Notes: generated by a model not told the origin, from the letters alone. Counted from the stretch's first letter, positions 1 through 14,033 are shown. The stretch: 64,000 nt of DNA from Eledone cirrhosa (GCA_964016885.1 OZ024746.1:37944001-38008000); one strand, 5' to 3'. Made by a program: numbers and translations.

Positions 1-129
1 ATCTGCAGATGCTGGACTAGGTTCAAACATATATAAATGTCCATATGTTTACTATATATGTTCATTAATGTTGAGGCATCGAGAGAATTCTGTCTCTATA
101 AGTGTGTGTCTGCCTATATATATATATAG

Positions 130-534
130 TATTAGAAAGTGAGGTTTTTTTCACAAAATGAAAAATAACCAGGGTGTCCTACACGAGTGAAAGTATAAAA
201 AAAAAGATGAAATCGAAAATGCAACTGGAGTCTTATTTAAAAAAATATATATATATTTATTTGGTTCCTTTACCGGTTTCGCAGTTCTTCTGCTTTTCAA
301 AAGTAGAGTTGAGATGGAGGGTCTGTGGTTATTTTTACATCTGGTTGGTCTCTGAATGTTACTTCTTTTATATGGAAAAAAGTAAGTAACATTCAGAGAC
401 CAACCAGATGTGAGAAAAACCACAGACCCTCCATCTCAACTCTACTTTTGAAAAGCAGAAGTACTGCGACACCGGTAAAGGAACCAAATTAATATATATA
501 TTTAAAAAAAAATAAAACTGCAGTTGCATTTTCG

Positions 535-540
<6 letters not shown>
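130..540. mobile_element. Fold-back non-coding element (Penelope pLTR-like), ~155-bp arms, HHR in each arm
   Basis: 208-~363 is the near-perfect reverse complement of ~385-540. Unique extension at 130-207. (TA)n on both sides. Confidence 0.8.
268..303 (-). ncRNA. Minimal type I hammerhead ribozyme, U3-A8 core variant
   Basis: Minus strand reads CTT-TTGAAAA-GCAG aagaa CTGC-GAAA-CCGG-TA-AAG. The mirror copy at 445-480 (+) has GACA instead of GAAA. Confidence 0.65.
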
Positions 541-870
<330 letters not shown>

Positions 871-3129
871 ATATGATTCTTTATGAATCTTTATATTGAT
901 AACATAATGAGATATCGTTGATTATTTTTGCACTGTTATCAATAGAGGTAGCGAGCGTGTGAGTTGTCGGCAATATTTAATTCTAACATGTATTTGTCTT
1001 TCTAGTCTTGCTATAATGCAGATTTTAATTGTAAAACATTGCTGTTACAATGCACTTTGCTATAGCACAGACAAAATCAGGAAAACAAAGCAACATGCCG
1101 TGTCCTGTGTTGATACAATCCATCAGCAGGTGTATTCTTAAGTTTATTTTCAGTAAGGTGTTGCGCTTTATCTAAGCACAAAGAAGAAAGTTGCGTAATT
1201 GCTAGGGCTTGGAAACAGATTTCTCCTCGCATATTAATTTCACGTTAAGGCCATGTTTTCAAACAATAAGTTATATATATATTCTCGGTTATAAACGTTA
1301 CTAAATCTTAAGCAATTCTGTTTAAATGATTGGTTATAGGCATGGACTTTCCAGGCTCTCTCTATGTGTTTATAATAAGCTTAATTCTTGGATTAACTGA
1401 GTTAATATTTTGTTTTGAATAGCAGCATATTTCAACGCCGAGTTATATGATTGACTTAAAATAATAAAAACAGGAATGTAAGACAGTGTATTATGCAGTT
1501 CACTCCTTGTAAAGAAAACCTGGAGTTGTTTTTGTGTATAAAGAACCAATTCAGGAATCGAAATAATTATGAAACATTTGAAAACTTCATCACATATGGA
1601 TGAAATATTGATGGTTAATGGAAGACTAAGTTTTATAATAAAAGTACTCCTAACACCACATTTCACGAATGGACTGGCTTTCAATTTAGACTTAATCGCT
1701 TGCAGAAAAAATATGTTAGAACCAAGTACTGTAAAATTCGTAAAGCTATGAACTTCTTGTTATCACTAAATGTAATCCATAAAAAGGGAAATACTGAAGA
1801 AGAAAAAATAACAGAAGTAAAACAAAACAAGCAAAAAAGAAAAGATATACAGACACATAGTTGTATTCACAACATAATGCATTATCCACTGATTAACTTC
1901 ATGGTACTGTGTATCAGATATAGACAAGCAGGTAATGCTTTCTCCTTCATAATATCTCAAGTATTTGACAAGTTCATGCCATTTTAATATATATTTTTAA
2001 TGTTATTTTATTTCTTTACAAACTATTTCACTTATTGTAAAGTGTAAATTGGTTCATTACTCTCGTTTGACTGTTTTCATCTTTGTTCTTATATTTTGCT
2101 GGATATTTTTTTAGCATTTATAAAGTTTGTTGTTTGACATTTCCATTATCACTCACGCCAAACGTCCCTCACCCCTCCTTTCTCTATCGCTGTTTACTCG
2201 TTTCTCTCTCTACCTCACTTCTTTTCTATACTAAACTCTCTCTCAATCTGAATGATGTTCGCAGCTGCTATCTAATTCTCGTGTTGAAATATCTTTAGAA
2301 TTTCCAGCATTCTCTATTTCAGAACCTTCCGCTGCCCACCACTTCTATTATTTTAAACATACTCCCAGCTCCATCACTTTCATTTTCATTAATTGCTTTT
2401 CATATTATTTAATCAGAATAGCAACAACAAACTAAACTACCAACATCAGCAATAACAACAGCAAAAATGAAAATAATATTAAAGATGACAACAAGAATCA
2501 ACCGATTTATTTAGAGAAATTCTCATAAGGATGTTGCAAACAATAAACAGAGAGGAAAGAAACATCGTCACAGCATTAGAATTAGGAATTAGTGAAAACA
2601 GATTTACGCTGAAATACAATGGTAACTATTTCTAAGGAAATTAAGAAGTAAACAGTTTTCATATTTCCTGATTTGAATGACAAAATGAACCGAAGAAACT
2701 TACCCATTCCAATCTAAAATAAGTACTCGAGCAATCTACATGCGCTCAGTTCCTTAAGGTAATCTGATTCAGATAAAAGCATGATACTGTGAAAAATATT
2801 ACTCCACGCATATTTGATACTGTTAGGGGTGTCAATATGCTATGAAAAGTATACTTACCTAACATGTCATATAGGAACGAAAAAGAAGGAACTTCATTAT
2901 TGTGAAACAAACATTTAACGATTTGGCGTGGCAGAAATATTAGTTGCTTGAAAGATGAAAATATGTGATTTCAGAGATAAGTGATATACATCACATTACC
3001 TGAAATCATGGTTATAATAGCTGATATTACTGAATTCCGATACAATGAAGTAACTGTCGTTCAAAACGAAACTGCAAATAATCAAAGAGAAATACAAGCA
3101 CGAACATGAGTGTTATCTCTTATATATCA

Positions 3130-3201
<72 letters not shown>

Positions 3202-3697
3202 GTGTGTGTGTGTGTGTGTGTGTGTCTTATGGTTTCACTGGTTTCAATCATTGTTTTTAGCAATTATTACATACATGCTTATGTGCATGCACAAGGGACG
3301 TCCTCCATTTCTATCTATATTTCTTCTTGACGAATCTTAGCAAACGCACACATTTCTGAATTACATTGGCTACGCTGTGAGAATATAGATAAATCACACT
3401 CTGGTTTAACATTGAATTGTTTCTTACTTGTAGACTAAAATCATTGGAATTCTTTCGCCATGTCGGTATGTTCCTCTCTCTCATTCTCTCTCTTACTCAT
3501 CTCTTTGTATATATGGGTGCGACTGTGTGTAATTGTATATGTTTGTGCCAGCATACAGTTACGTACGTTTATATGTGTGTGATTGTGTTGTAAGTTTTCT
3601 TTTATTATTCTGTATATCTATCTCATCTATCTATCTCTCTAATCCCCAAACACACACATACACAGACACACAGAGAAACAGACACACAGACACACAT

Positions 3698-3767
<70 letters not shown>

Positions 3768-4255
3768 CTATCTATCAATCTGCACACCTTGTAGGATACT
3801 TATCACCACATGTGTTAATTGAGGTATTCTTCTAATTTATATATGATATTTGATGTGTAAATGCATTCGAGGAACACGTTAACATTAATTGCAAAATATA
3901 ATTTCTGCTACACATTATGTCCATTCCTCTCTATAATTATTCTAAGATATAATTACGCTTCTTTTTGGCGAAATACGAGTCAAAATGGTGCTATTTTTAA
4001 CACTCTATTCTCCAAAAGATGGAATTAACAATATACAAAATGAACTACAATACAATATTCTGCAACCATTGTCCTGGAAATGCTATAAATGAATAGCTGG
4101 AAGATAGTGGAAGACAGTCAGTCACGGAAAAACATTCCCACATATACACATAAAAATGTATTATATATATATAAATATATGTGTGCGCGTGTGTGATGTG
4201 TGTGATGTGTGTGTGTGCGTATAATATATATATATATATATTTTATTTTTTTTTA

Positions 4256-4470
4256 GACGATCGACTTTCGTTAAATCGGACCGAGGGAACAATGTTTCCG
4301 TTGGTCTTTCCAATTGCTAATACTATCTATCGGTCGCAACTCCAGGTAGAAGGAGCAACGTGAAATAAAGTGTCTTGCTCAAGGACATAACGCATCGCCT
4401 GGTCCAGGAATCGAACTCACAACCTTACAATTGCGAATCTAATTCTCTAACCACTCAGCCACACGCCTTC

Positions 4471-4472
<2 letters not shown>
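4256..4472 (-). mobile_element. tRNA-derived SINE, family A
   Basis: Minus strand: A box TGGCTGAGTGG, B box GTTCGATTCC, central TCCTTGAGCAAGACACTT motif (V/Meta-domain-like). Near-identical copy at 32103-32323. Confidence 0.85.
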
Positions 4473-4517
<45 letters not shown>

Positions 4518-6739
4518 GGGGGGGTTGTGTGTGTGTGGGTGTGTGTGTGTGTGTTTGTGTGCGTGTGAGAGTGTAGGTGTGGGTGTCAAATTAAATAGGA
4601 GATGTGAAGTGTATATTACCGATTTATACGTAGGCATATAATGTCCAATATTAACACAAGTTACATACTACTTGAATTTGTTATCGATTTATGTCAAAAT
4701 TTAAATCATCATATAAAGAATTTATAAGTAACAAATTAACATTTATTAATATCCATTGAGATTTGTAAATGCAAATTTTGTTGTTGTGGCTGTGGATATT
4801 CAGTCGGAGTATAACGCCTCACAGATTTATTTTTTTATTTAGTCACTTTAGTTGGCCATATTATTTTGAAGCGTAAGATAAGAACGAAACAAATGGGAGC
4901 AGTTTTGTAATAGAAATGGAAGCTCTTTGGTCATCGCTCGATTTGCAACCAGAATATATATTTTAAAAAAAAACATTCGAGGAAAAACACGTTTGATAAC
5001 GTGAAAACAGGCTCCAGGACGACAGGAAAATAAGTAATTGTTACTAGAACTGAGTCAAAACCAACACCACATCACTGCAAACTGTAATAACCGTAAATGT
5101 AAGGTACAAAATATGTATGGACTAACGTTTGTATGTATCTCACAGAAGGATTCGCAACTGTGAAAACAACATTCATTTACAGAATCGGATAAAACCACGC
5201 AATTATTTCTTCAGATTCTTTTGGAAGGATATAAAATGTGAGGAAATCGGAAATAATCATCACACTCAAGATTCATTCAAAACGGAGGAGCCATTAGTTT
5301 TTCTGTGTTTTGAAACTATGGCCAAATATCATATTGTGGACAAGCTTGAGAGGAATGCGGCATTGACTTTCTTCAGTTAAGCTCACATCGGATTTTTCGG
5401 GTTCTACTTAAAATGAGAGCTGACTTGAGAGAGGCGAGATTTGCACTCTTGAGATTTGTTCAACATTTTGTTCTTTTGTGGAAGAGATTAGCCTTCCAGA
5501 ATGACGTTCGTCTTTTCTCGGCCCTCTTTAAAAGATTAGTGCCACTTAAAAATATTACTTCACGATAGAGTTTCAAGCAAGATGGTTATGATGAATTAAA
5601 TATTTCGCTGGAAAATTTATTTTCCATGACGCCATTTTGATTGTGTTGAATAGAACATAATCGAGATTTTAGTTTGAGTAATACATTACAAGTTATGATG
5701 AGAAATATATAAAATATTTATTTCCAATAACATTAATATAAAAAAATAATACTTTTCAGAATATATGTATTTGATAAACAATCGTAGTGTATGAAAAAGA
5801 TATGAATTGTCTATTTAACCGTACGGACAATGAAATAGAGCAATGCTGAATAAACACTAATTAAAACTTTCTAAAACTTAAGTTATAGGAGTTATTTCCC
5901 CAAACATATGCATACATAGAGTAGATAGACTGACGTCGTTCAAGTCTTCCTCATTAGAAATTAACGTTGTCCATTTTTCTACAGCACTTGCAATACAGTT
6001 CCATTTTGAAGTGACCAAACTGTAAACTTTGTAGGTCTCGTTAACTCGGGTCGTCGCTATTGGTTTAAAAACCTTAGGATATACTGGAGGTTGAGAGGGA
6101 GAAATTGGTGGTGGTGGTGCCGTTGTTGCTTTCGTAGGTCTGAAGGATTTTCATTTTCTGGGGCAGTGGAATATAACTGTGGAATATACAATTAGACAGA
6201 TGAACATTGCTACGAATTCTTAGTCTCATTAACACTGATCATTAACGTACCTCAATTGTTCAAGTGCAATATCTATACTATCGGTCTCAGCCGTTTCAGA
6301 TGATTTGAATGATATGAGGGCTGTTCCTTTCAATAATTCAAATAATTAAAGAATTGAATATCTATTTTAGTGTAATGCGATGTGAAACCTACTTACAGAC
6401 TAGAAAATAACAATATGAATCAGCATGGTGAAGATGTCCAATGAAGGTGTAAAATGTCAATGACTGTAGCCTCTCGATTATAGAAAGACAAAGCTATATG
6501 TATTAAAATGCTAATGTTGCTAAGGAAATATTGGCTTTCTTATATCGGAAAAAAGGGTACAAGAAGAGCAGATATAATCGATTCAATATATGATAATATT
6601 TTATTGATATTTATTTTCTCAACATCGGAATGTAATAAATATGAAGATCTGTTTACTCGGGCATATAAATGAAACACTGAAGGGCTGAAAGAAATCGACT
6701 AAACTCAGTATATCAAATATCAAAATCTCGATCATGAAA

Positions 6740-7100
6740 TCCAAGGCTGCTAAGCAGAAGGCTGGAAGGGGGAATGAACTTCCTCTTCTCAAAAGCTCCT
6801 CGCAACACGCACATAGAATAGCCTCTGGTAAGAAAGTCCAACTCCTGTCGTCAGCTATTGACAGACGAAAGGGGGTAGACGGCTTCTGGCGCCTTCAAAC
6901 CGGTGTTTAGGGTAGGTGGATCTTGTCAACTTTGGAAGATAGGCTATCTACGAAAAGGAAAAGGATTTTAAATCTATCTGGCCTTGCAGCTATATCTATA
7001 TAGGGACAGGCTTGGGAAATAATCTTCATGATAAATCTGCTGACGGAGTCCTTTAAGCGGATATCGACGCGTACACTGGGATTTTATACACAAAGTGCAT
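6740..7100 (+). mobile_element. Possible decayed RTE 5'UTR-like sequence
   Basis: GC-richer island containing GGCTATCTACGAAAAGGAAAA, resembling the CTAGGAGAAGGAAAACTCTGA motif of the RTE-derived units at 27.9 and 42 kb. Confidence 0.25.
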
Positions 7101-9010
7101 TATAAACTGAGATTGACCCGCTGTTTTACACATGGATGGCAAAATCCCAATCGATATTTTTCCACCGTATTATCCTTACGCTGCCAAAAGGCATACTATC
7201 TATTATTTCTAAATATTTATAGACAAATATATATTAAAATGAGCCGTCAAATTATTTGGTTATTACCATTATTAGACTGATTGACAGGAATTAAAAAAAT
7301 AGCAGATGTAACGGCACTTCTACATCAGTTGCTCCAAAAGCAGGTTGGTATATTAGATACCAAAAGTGGCTAAATTAATAAAACCTAAGACAACTGGGCC
7401 GATGTAGCCGGCCTGTCGAAAATGTAGACGCAAATTGCTAACAAAAACGGAAAAAAAACCTTTAGATAACACAACCAAAAGCAACATGAGTTGGGAGCCG
7501 AAACTTCTCTGCCATTTGTTCTATGATAACTAACACCTGAGAGATTTCTATCCTCAGACAAAAAGGCTTGGTACAGCAGGCACCTGCTGCCAACATGAGA
7601 AACAGCAACACCAACGGTGAAATGAACTGCTGCAGGAGAAGTACCATCATTAAAAAAACCACCAACTGTAGTGTGTGTGTATGTATGTATGCAGAAGTAA
7701 TGCTGAAATCAAGATCTAGAACGTTAAATTTAAAACAGCTCCTAGAGAATGTACGCACCCGCATTTATAAAAAAAAAAAACAGGAATATAAATACAGAAA
7801 GAAATATTGACATAAAACTAAATTAATCAACGAGAATCTTTGATCCCAGTGAGAGTCGGAAAAAAGGAGTATTTTAACCCCTAGCATTAGGTGACGAAAA
7901 CTACACCACTACATGAAAATAAGGCCTTTGTGTAGGGTAGGGGTGGGCTATGGAATCAAATATTTGATGTGATTTTTTTTACATCTTCTTAATGAATAAT
8001 CAAAGATACAAATTAAAATGTTCAGTCCAAATTTCTTTCCACTTGATTAAACAACATCTAAAAGGCTATAATTATTTTTAGTGATGAGGAGCCGGAAAGG
8101 AAAGAGCGAGAAACGAGTCTGGGTATAAAGATGAGGATGATAACGCTTGAATGCTGAATTTGATGGAGCATTATAAATTAACAGATTCTTTTGATATAAA
8201 TTATGAATTGCTTGGCGAAGTAACTATAACCCTAAAAAATAAATTAAAAAGAAGAAAAGGAAACAACAGAAAATAAATAACATAACAATATAACAGATAA
8301 TTCGAAACAATTTCAACGTTTAATACAAAATAACGAGCCGGTCTAAATTAGTTTTCCTACTACGTCAAAATATTTCAGTTTTATAGTTGAATACAATGGA
8401 TTTTTAAGATATTCATGCCCTCTGAGTTAGCTAGATTGTTGTCAGAGGGATTCAATAAGAATCATGTTCCGGGGTGACAGAATAGATATATATGACAGAA
8501 CAGAATAATATATATATGATTTGAAAAAGAGAATAAGTTACTCAGAAGTAATAGAGATACATATATTATATATCTGTTAATTAATTTGCCTTTGTTTAGC
8601 CAAATTTCAGCACTGATGGAGTCGAACTATTATCAAAGACGTTCCAGCTATAGGACTGTATGAGTAAGACATCTTTATCCTAGCAGTAAAGAGTGATGTG
8701 ATTGAGAGCTAGATGCAATTTCTACACGCAAAATGACAATGCAAATGAACCTTAGTTTGTCCACGTGGAGAATACAATGTTGTAAATAGATTGGAAAGCA
8801 TAAAACCTTGAGTGATATATAAAGCAAATGAAACTTGGCGATCTACTGTCCTGTCTAACTAGTTCCGTAATTGCTTATCTAACTAAATAGTTGCCTCCAT
8901 ACTGTACCGACTGTGTTGTTATTTCTGTTTACCTTTTACACACACACATACACACACATACACACCCACCCACACATACACCCACATACCCCCCCCCACA
9001 CACACACACG

Positions 9011-9058
<48 letters not shown>

Positions 9059-9140
9059 AAAGGTAAACAGATATAACAACAAAATCGGAACACTATATGG
9101 AATGAATATATTAGTTTAACTCCCGTCCGTCAATATACTG

Positions 9141-10294
9141 ATGGAACGCGTCCAATCCACCGACCTACACTGCTTCGGGCTCACCACCATTGACATCCAC
9201 CACCTCCTATCCATCGTCGTCGACAACACCTACTTCGGATTCCTTGACCAAACATACCAACAAACCTTGGGACTACCCATGGGATCAAGCCTGTCCGGTG
9301 TGGTAGCGATCTCTTACATGGACAGCCTCGAGCGCAAGGCACTCAACGCCTGCCACCCCAACGCCGTCGCCTTTTTCTCAAGGTACGTGGGCGATATCCT
9401 CATCCTTACATCTTCCCAAGACATGGCGAACAGAATCTATGAGACGTTCAAAAACACGGACGAGAACATTGACTTCAGTGTTGAACACCCAATCGACGAC
9501 GGGTCACTTGCCCTCCTCGACTTCCGAATCAACATCACGGAACAGGGAGGGATCCACTGCAACTTCTACCCAAAGGCAGCCTGCAGGGACCTATTCGTCC
9601 ACTACAAGTCCGCCCTCCCTAACAGTGCCAAAAGAGGATACATCACGAACGAGATCGCGCGAATCAAAAACAGATGCAGCGATTCCGCGAGTAGTGTCAC
9701 TCATACCAAGCGATTCCTCGACGTGCTGGAGACGAACGTGTACCCTGCCTCGCTCACAGACAGAGTAGGAGACACCACACACAAGAGACAGAGAGGCACC
9801 CAAGGCACGTGCTTCCTTAAAATGCCACACCTGGGCGAGAATACCACCAACGCTATTCGCAAGGCTATACGGAGGGAGGGCCTCAACATTCACCTGGTCC
9901 ACTCGGGCAACTCCCTGCGAAGATGCCTCTCCAGGAAACCCGGGAAGTCAACTGACGCGTGATCCCTCAGAGACTGCCCGATGTGCCATGCGAATGTTGC
10001 CTACGCACATACGTCGAGTATAAGATAGAATGTAACAAGTGCAACCAATACTATATAGGTAGCACAATCCGGACGTTGCACATCCGGATCAAGGAACACA
10101 CTAAAACCATGGCCTCGCCTTTCCGGAAACACATAGCCAAATGCGGAAACAAAGACGGAAGACCCATTGTCACAATTCTAGCGACAGAAAGAAACGTCGG
10201 GGCGTTACGTTTCAAGGAAGCACTTTGGATCAAACGCCGAGGGCCACAACTAAACAACCGATCCGAGAAAAGCGAAATGAGGTGGTTGGGTTAA
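9141..10294 (+). pseudogene. Penelope-like RT-GIY-YIG ORF, frameshifted
   Basis: RT motifs GLPMGSSLSG, RYVGDI (YVDD mutated) and LLDF. Frameshift near 9960. Endonuclease VEYKIEC..C.QYYIGST.RTLHIRIKEH...EALWI...PQLN. Confidence 0.9.
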
Positions 10295-10377
10295 GTTAAC
10301 AAACGATAAAGCAACACACGCACACACACAAGTGAGACAGCAACACACGCACACACACACATACGCACACACACACG

Positions 10378-10422
<45 letters not shown>

Positions 10423-10432
10423 GCCCACACAC

Positions 10433-10488
<56 letters not shown>

Positions 10489-10766
10489 TAGCATACCATC
10501 TTACGAACATACTACACTGCCAATACAGAGGAACAAGGCAACAACACACGCACGCACACACACAGTAACATTCACCAAACCGACAGAGAATGGACTAACC
10601 GCTAGCGCCACCCCACTCCCATAATTGAAAGAACTACTTCGGCCGCTGACCTCTGCCTGACCGACCCCATTTCACGCGCACGTGCCCTGTGCTGAATACC
10701 TCAGATATTCAAAACAAACAACTAACAGCGGAGAACACGTTTCGCACCTTTCCGACAGACAACGTC

Positions 10767-10820
10767 TCTCCCGAAGAAGAAACCCCCAGTTCATGGATGT
10801 GAATCCGAAATATATAGGGA
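10767..10820 (+). ncRNA. Degenerate pLTR hammerhead motif
   Basis: TCTC-CCGAAGA-(decayed stem II)-GAAA-TATA-TA-GGGA, followed by AATTAAA. Confidence 0.45.
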
Positions 10821-11057
10821 CAATTAAATCTCTCCCAAGGTACCTGTTTCTCGTGTTGCTATTTTTATTTTTATCCTTTACGCTCTTTCCTTCATTCCTC
10901 TACACGCTAGAGTCTTATACACGGCACGCATCTCAACGTACACCCACTTACATGTCTCTCTCCACCACCGGATCTTATTACCCGGAGATTTACCCATCTG
11001 CATTGTCGAGGCTTCCAAACGACTTAAAGAAATTTACCATATATATATGTGTGTGTG

Positions 11058-11116
<59 letters not shown>

Positions 11117-11507
11117 ATGTGTGTGTGGGTGTGCACGTGCGCATGTGTTTGTGCGTGTGTGTCTGTGTGTGTAGACCCCGAGTGGAATCAGTCTTATTGT
11201 ATAGTATGGTCGCGTAACTCCTGATAGAATCGTAGGGGCACCATATTGGCATACGGCGTTTTGGGCATTTGAAGCCAGGTGGAGACCATCATTCTCACCA
11301 GAATTCAGGAATAAGCACATATTAAAAAGGTGTTCAATGTATTAGTTGAGTATAAACCTCATCATTGAATATAGAAATGCCAGCGAATGAAAGAATTCTT
11401 GTCCTATAGAAACTATTTCTATATTATATATATATACATTTACTTATTTATTTATACATATATATATGTATGTGCTCATGAATGTATATATTATATATAT
11501 ATATATG

Positions 11508-11913
11508 TAGATAAATCTACCAAAATATACGGAGTGTCCAATCCGTATGAAGAACTCAATGTAATCCAAATATCATGAAAAGAGAAGATGCATTCAAAAA
11601 TGATCGATGAAAATCATAGGAAAACAGAGTCAAGTTAAATTAATAAAAACAATGAATAAAAACAAAGAACAAGTTACTTATATTAAAAAATTCATCATTT
11701 TACAATTGTTTCTAGGATGTATATGTGTGTTGGTATGTATACCATATAGATCTATGTAAAAATGTTACATATACATGCTGTCTTAAGAAATGATAGTTTA
11801 TAATATTTTTACATAGATCTATATGATATACATACTAACACACATATACATCCTAGATACGATCGTAAAATGATGAATGTTTTAATATAAGGGACTTGTT
11901 CTTTGTTTTTATT
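11508..11913. mobile_element. Fold-back element with long-stem-II HHR
   Basis: Arms 11655-~11769 and ~11800-11913. Left unique extension. TA-rich flanks. Confidence 0.75.
11694..11794 (-). ncRNA. Type I hammerhead-like motif (G5U core change)
   Basis: ATCATTT-CTTAAGA-(long ATGTATATGT/ACATATACAT stem II)-GAAA-CAATTG-TA-AAATGAT, with a perfect 7-bp stem I. Confidence 0.55.
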
Positions 11914-13149
11914 AATTTATATATATATATATTAAATATATGTGCATGTTTTTGGTGTGTGTGATTATGTGTGTATATCAGATGAGATCTAAGATATCAC
12001 ACTGACTAACTTAATCTATGTGAAACATTAACACTCGCATATACATGTTAACATATATCTGAGGTTCTTCCGATTTCAGAGCCAGGTTCGATCATTAATC
12101 GATCGTTCCTCGATCTGATGGAGAGTGAATCTATGTAACGTGTAACTAAATATGTATATGGTGCAACACTGATTCTTTGTTCCCTCATATATACATGCAC
12201 ACAAATTTATATATACGAGATGCAAACGGTACTAGCAGTGAAACCCATGCTAGTCCCGTCAACTTATATATATATATAACTAAGAGTGTCTCAGTCGTCT
12301 CTATTTATGTCGCTCAATGTGTGTCTGGGTCATTCACTAATGCTTGTCTTCCTATCTCATTTATTTACTTTCCCGGACATTCAATATCTTATCGCATTGT
12401 CACATTATCTCACGATTTATCTATCTGTCTATCTTCCATTATACTGTCTATATAACAAGGCTTGCGTCCAACGAATATAAATGCTAAGATAATCGAAATA
12501 AAATTGCCTCTTTCTATATATTTATAGCTGAAAGTGAGCCAAATTTCGACCAGTGTCTAATCAGATCTACGAATTAAAAGCTCCCCTACGAGAAGCCAGC
12601 GAAGTTATTTCAACATAGTTGCTCTTTTGTTATCCTTTTCTTGTTGACGAATTCCCGTCACAAGAAATTTAGCTAGAAATGAAATTGGCTTGTTTGCTAT
12701 TGGAATACGTGAGCGCGCTCGTCTTTAAACGTGTACCATGCAATTTATTAATTGCTATTTGGTTAGTATAACATGAGCAAACATTGCAGTTCGTACAATA
12801 TGTTATGTTTGTCACTCGAAATGAAAACCAGAAATCTAATTAATAAATATTCCAGGCAGCATAAGGTCAATATTGTTATTATCTTTTTACTAACAATGTA
12901 CTGAGGTATATATAATTGATTTTCCACCTGAAATCATTATTATTTTGGTATTTTATCATTTCGACGGTAGTAAATTAACAGTCAAATGTGATAGATTTAC
13001 TCGGGTAGAATAGACTCACAAATCGTGGACCTTATTTTTAAACTAGAAAGCATTATGATTTTCAAGTATCTAATTGTTATTTCCTGTTTCTGTGAATAGA
13101 AATATATTAAAACTAAGCTATATATTTTCATCACATTTTATTTCAAATG

Positions 13150-13470
13150 TTTCCAAATTGTATTGAAATTATTGTACTTAAAATGTAGTCCTCTGTTTTC
13201 CATGTATGTGGTGGTCTCTTTCATAAAAAAGTGTTCATCTGTTGTTCGTGCGGTTTAGTACTGATAAAAGTTTGTGGGTGGCCTCACGTCGTCTTAATAA
13301 TTTGCGTTTCTTCGCGTGTGTGATGCTGAGTTCTTAGGAACAGGTGCGCGCGTTTGAGAAAGCAATTCATCACACATTTCGACCTTGAGTACATTTTGCT
13401 GATTTCGTCAGAAACTGAGAGATATAGACAGTGTCTGGGTGTAGGAGCATCATGACTTCCATTGCGTTCT
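13150..13470 (-). mobile_element. Possible Tc1/mariner C-terminal relic
   Basis: Minus strand shows decayed similarity to WEV..HP.YSPDL.P.D and a terminal ..GDYI. Heavily frameshifted. Confidence 0.3.
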
Positions 13471-13612
13471 AAATTTAATGTTCTTCAGTCACCACACATG
13501 CTCCTCCTGAATGGCTTGTGATCTTTCTATATATTCACACAGACACGCACATGCACACACGCCAACGCACACGCACCCAAACACATATCTATATATATGG
13601 ATATATATATAG

Positions 13613-13669
<57 letters not shown>

Positions 13670-13676
<7 letters not shown>

Positions 13677-13952
13677 TTAGAAATTATAAGCTTTCACCGT
13701 ATTTTTAGACTAAAGAAATGTCTAGCCTGATAGTGGGGTTTATAGCCCTCGGAGAAATGGAAAAAGATGAGTGTTGCCGAACATGGGCAACACTCATCTT
13801 TTTCCATTTCTCCGAGGGTTATAAACCCCACTATCAGGCTAGAAATTTCTTTAGTCTAAAAATACGGTGAAAGCTTATAATTTCTAATTTCTAATTTCAA
13901 ACTCGCGCACCATTTCAAAAACATACTTACATGTTTACGTTTATAATTTGCT

Positions 13953-13955
<3 letters not shown>
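13670..13955. mobile_element. Near-perfect fold-back element, 109-bp arms
   Basis: 13670-13778 is the reverse complement of 13786-13894, with loop GAACATG. Right extension to ~13955. (TA)n on both sides. Confidence 0.85.

Positions 13956-14033
<78 letters not shown>

Larger units (their letters stand above)
9126..11040 (+). mobile_element. 5'-truncated Penelope-like retroelement (C-terminal GIY-YIG type)
   Basis: GC-rich island with RT and GIY-YIG ORFs, a (CA)n-containing 3'UTR, a degenerate HHR and AATTAAA. (TA)n flanks. Confidence 0.9.

Noticed and set aside
208-540. Interpretation of the fold-backs as MITEs or pre-miRNA genes
   Set aside because: Asymmetric extensions, variable centres and embedded HHRs with fixed polarity fit PLE-type inversion better. 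Not formally excluded for the HHR-less cases.
1370-1987. Cluster of short ORFs and a possible small intron on the minus strand
   Set aside because: No recognisable domain and no consistent spliced frame.
4380-4472. tRNA gene-like A/B boxes (also at 32230-32323 and 58520-58609)
   Set aside because: SINE heads: they continue into a shared SINE core and lack a full cloverleaf.
5100-5660. Possible decayed N-terminus of a PLE ORF on the minus strand
   Set aside because: Too degenerate, with no diagnostic motif.
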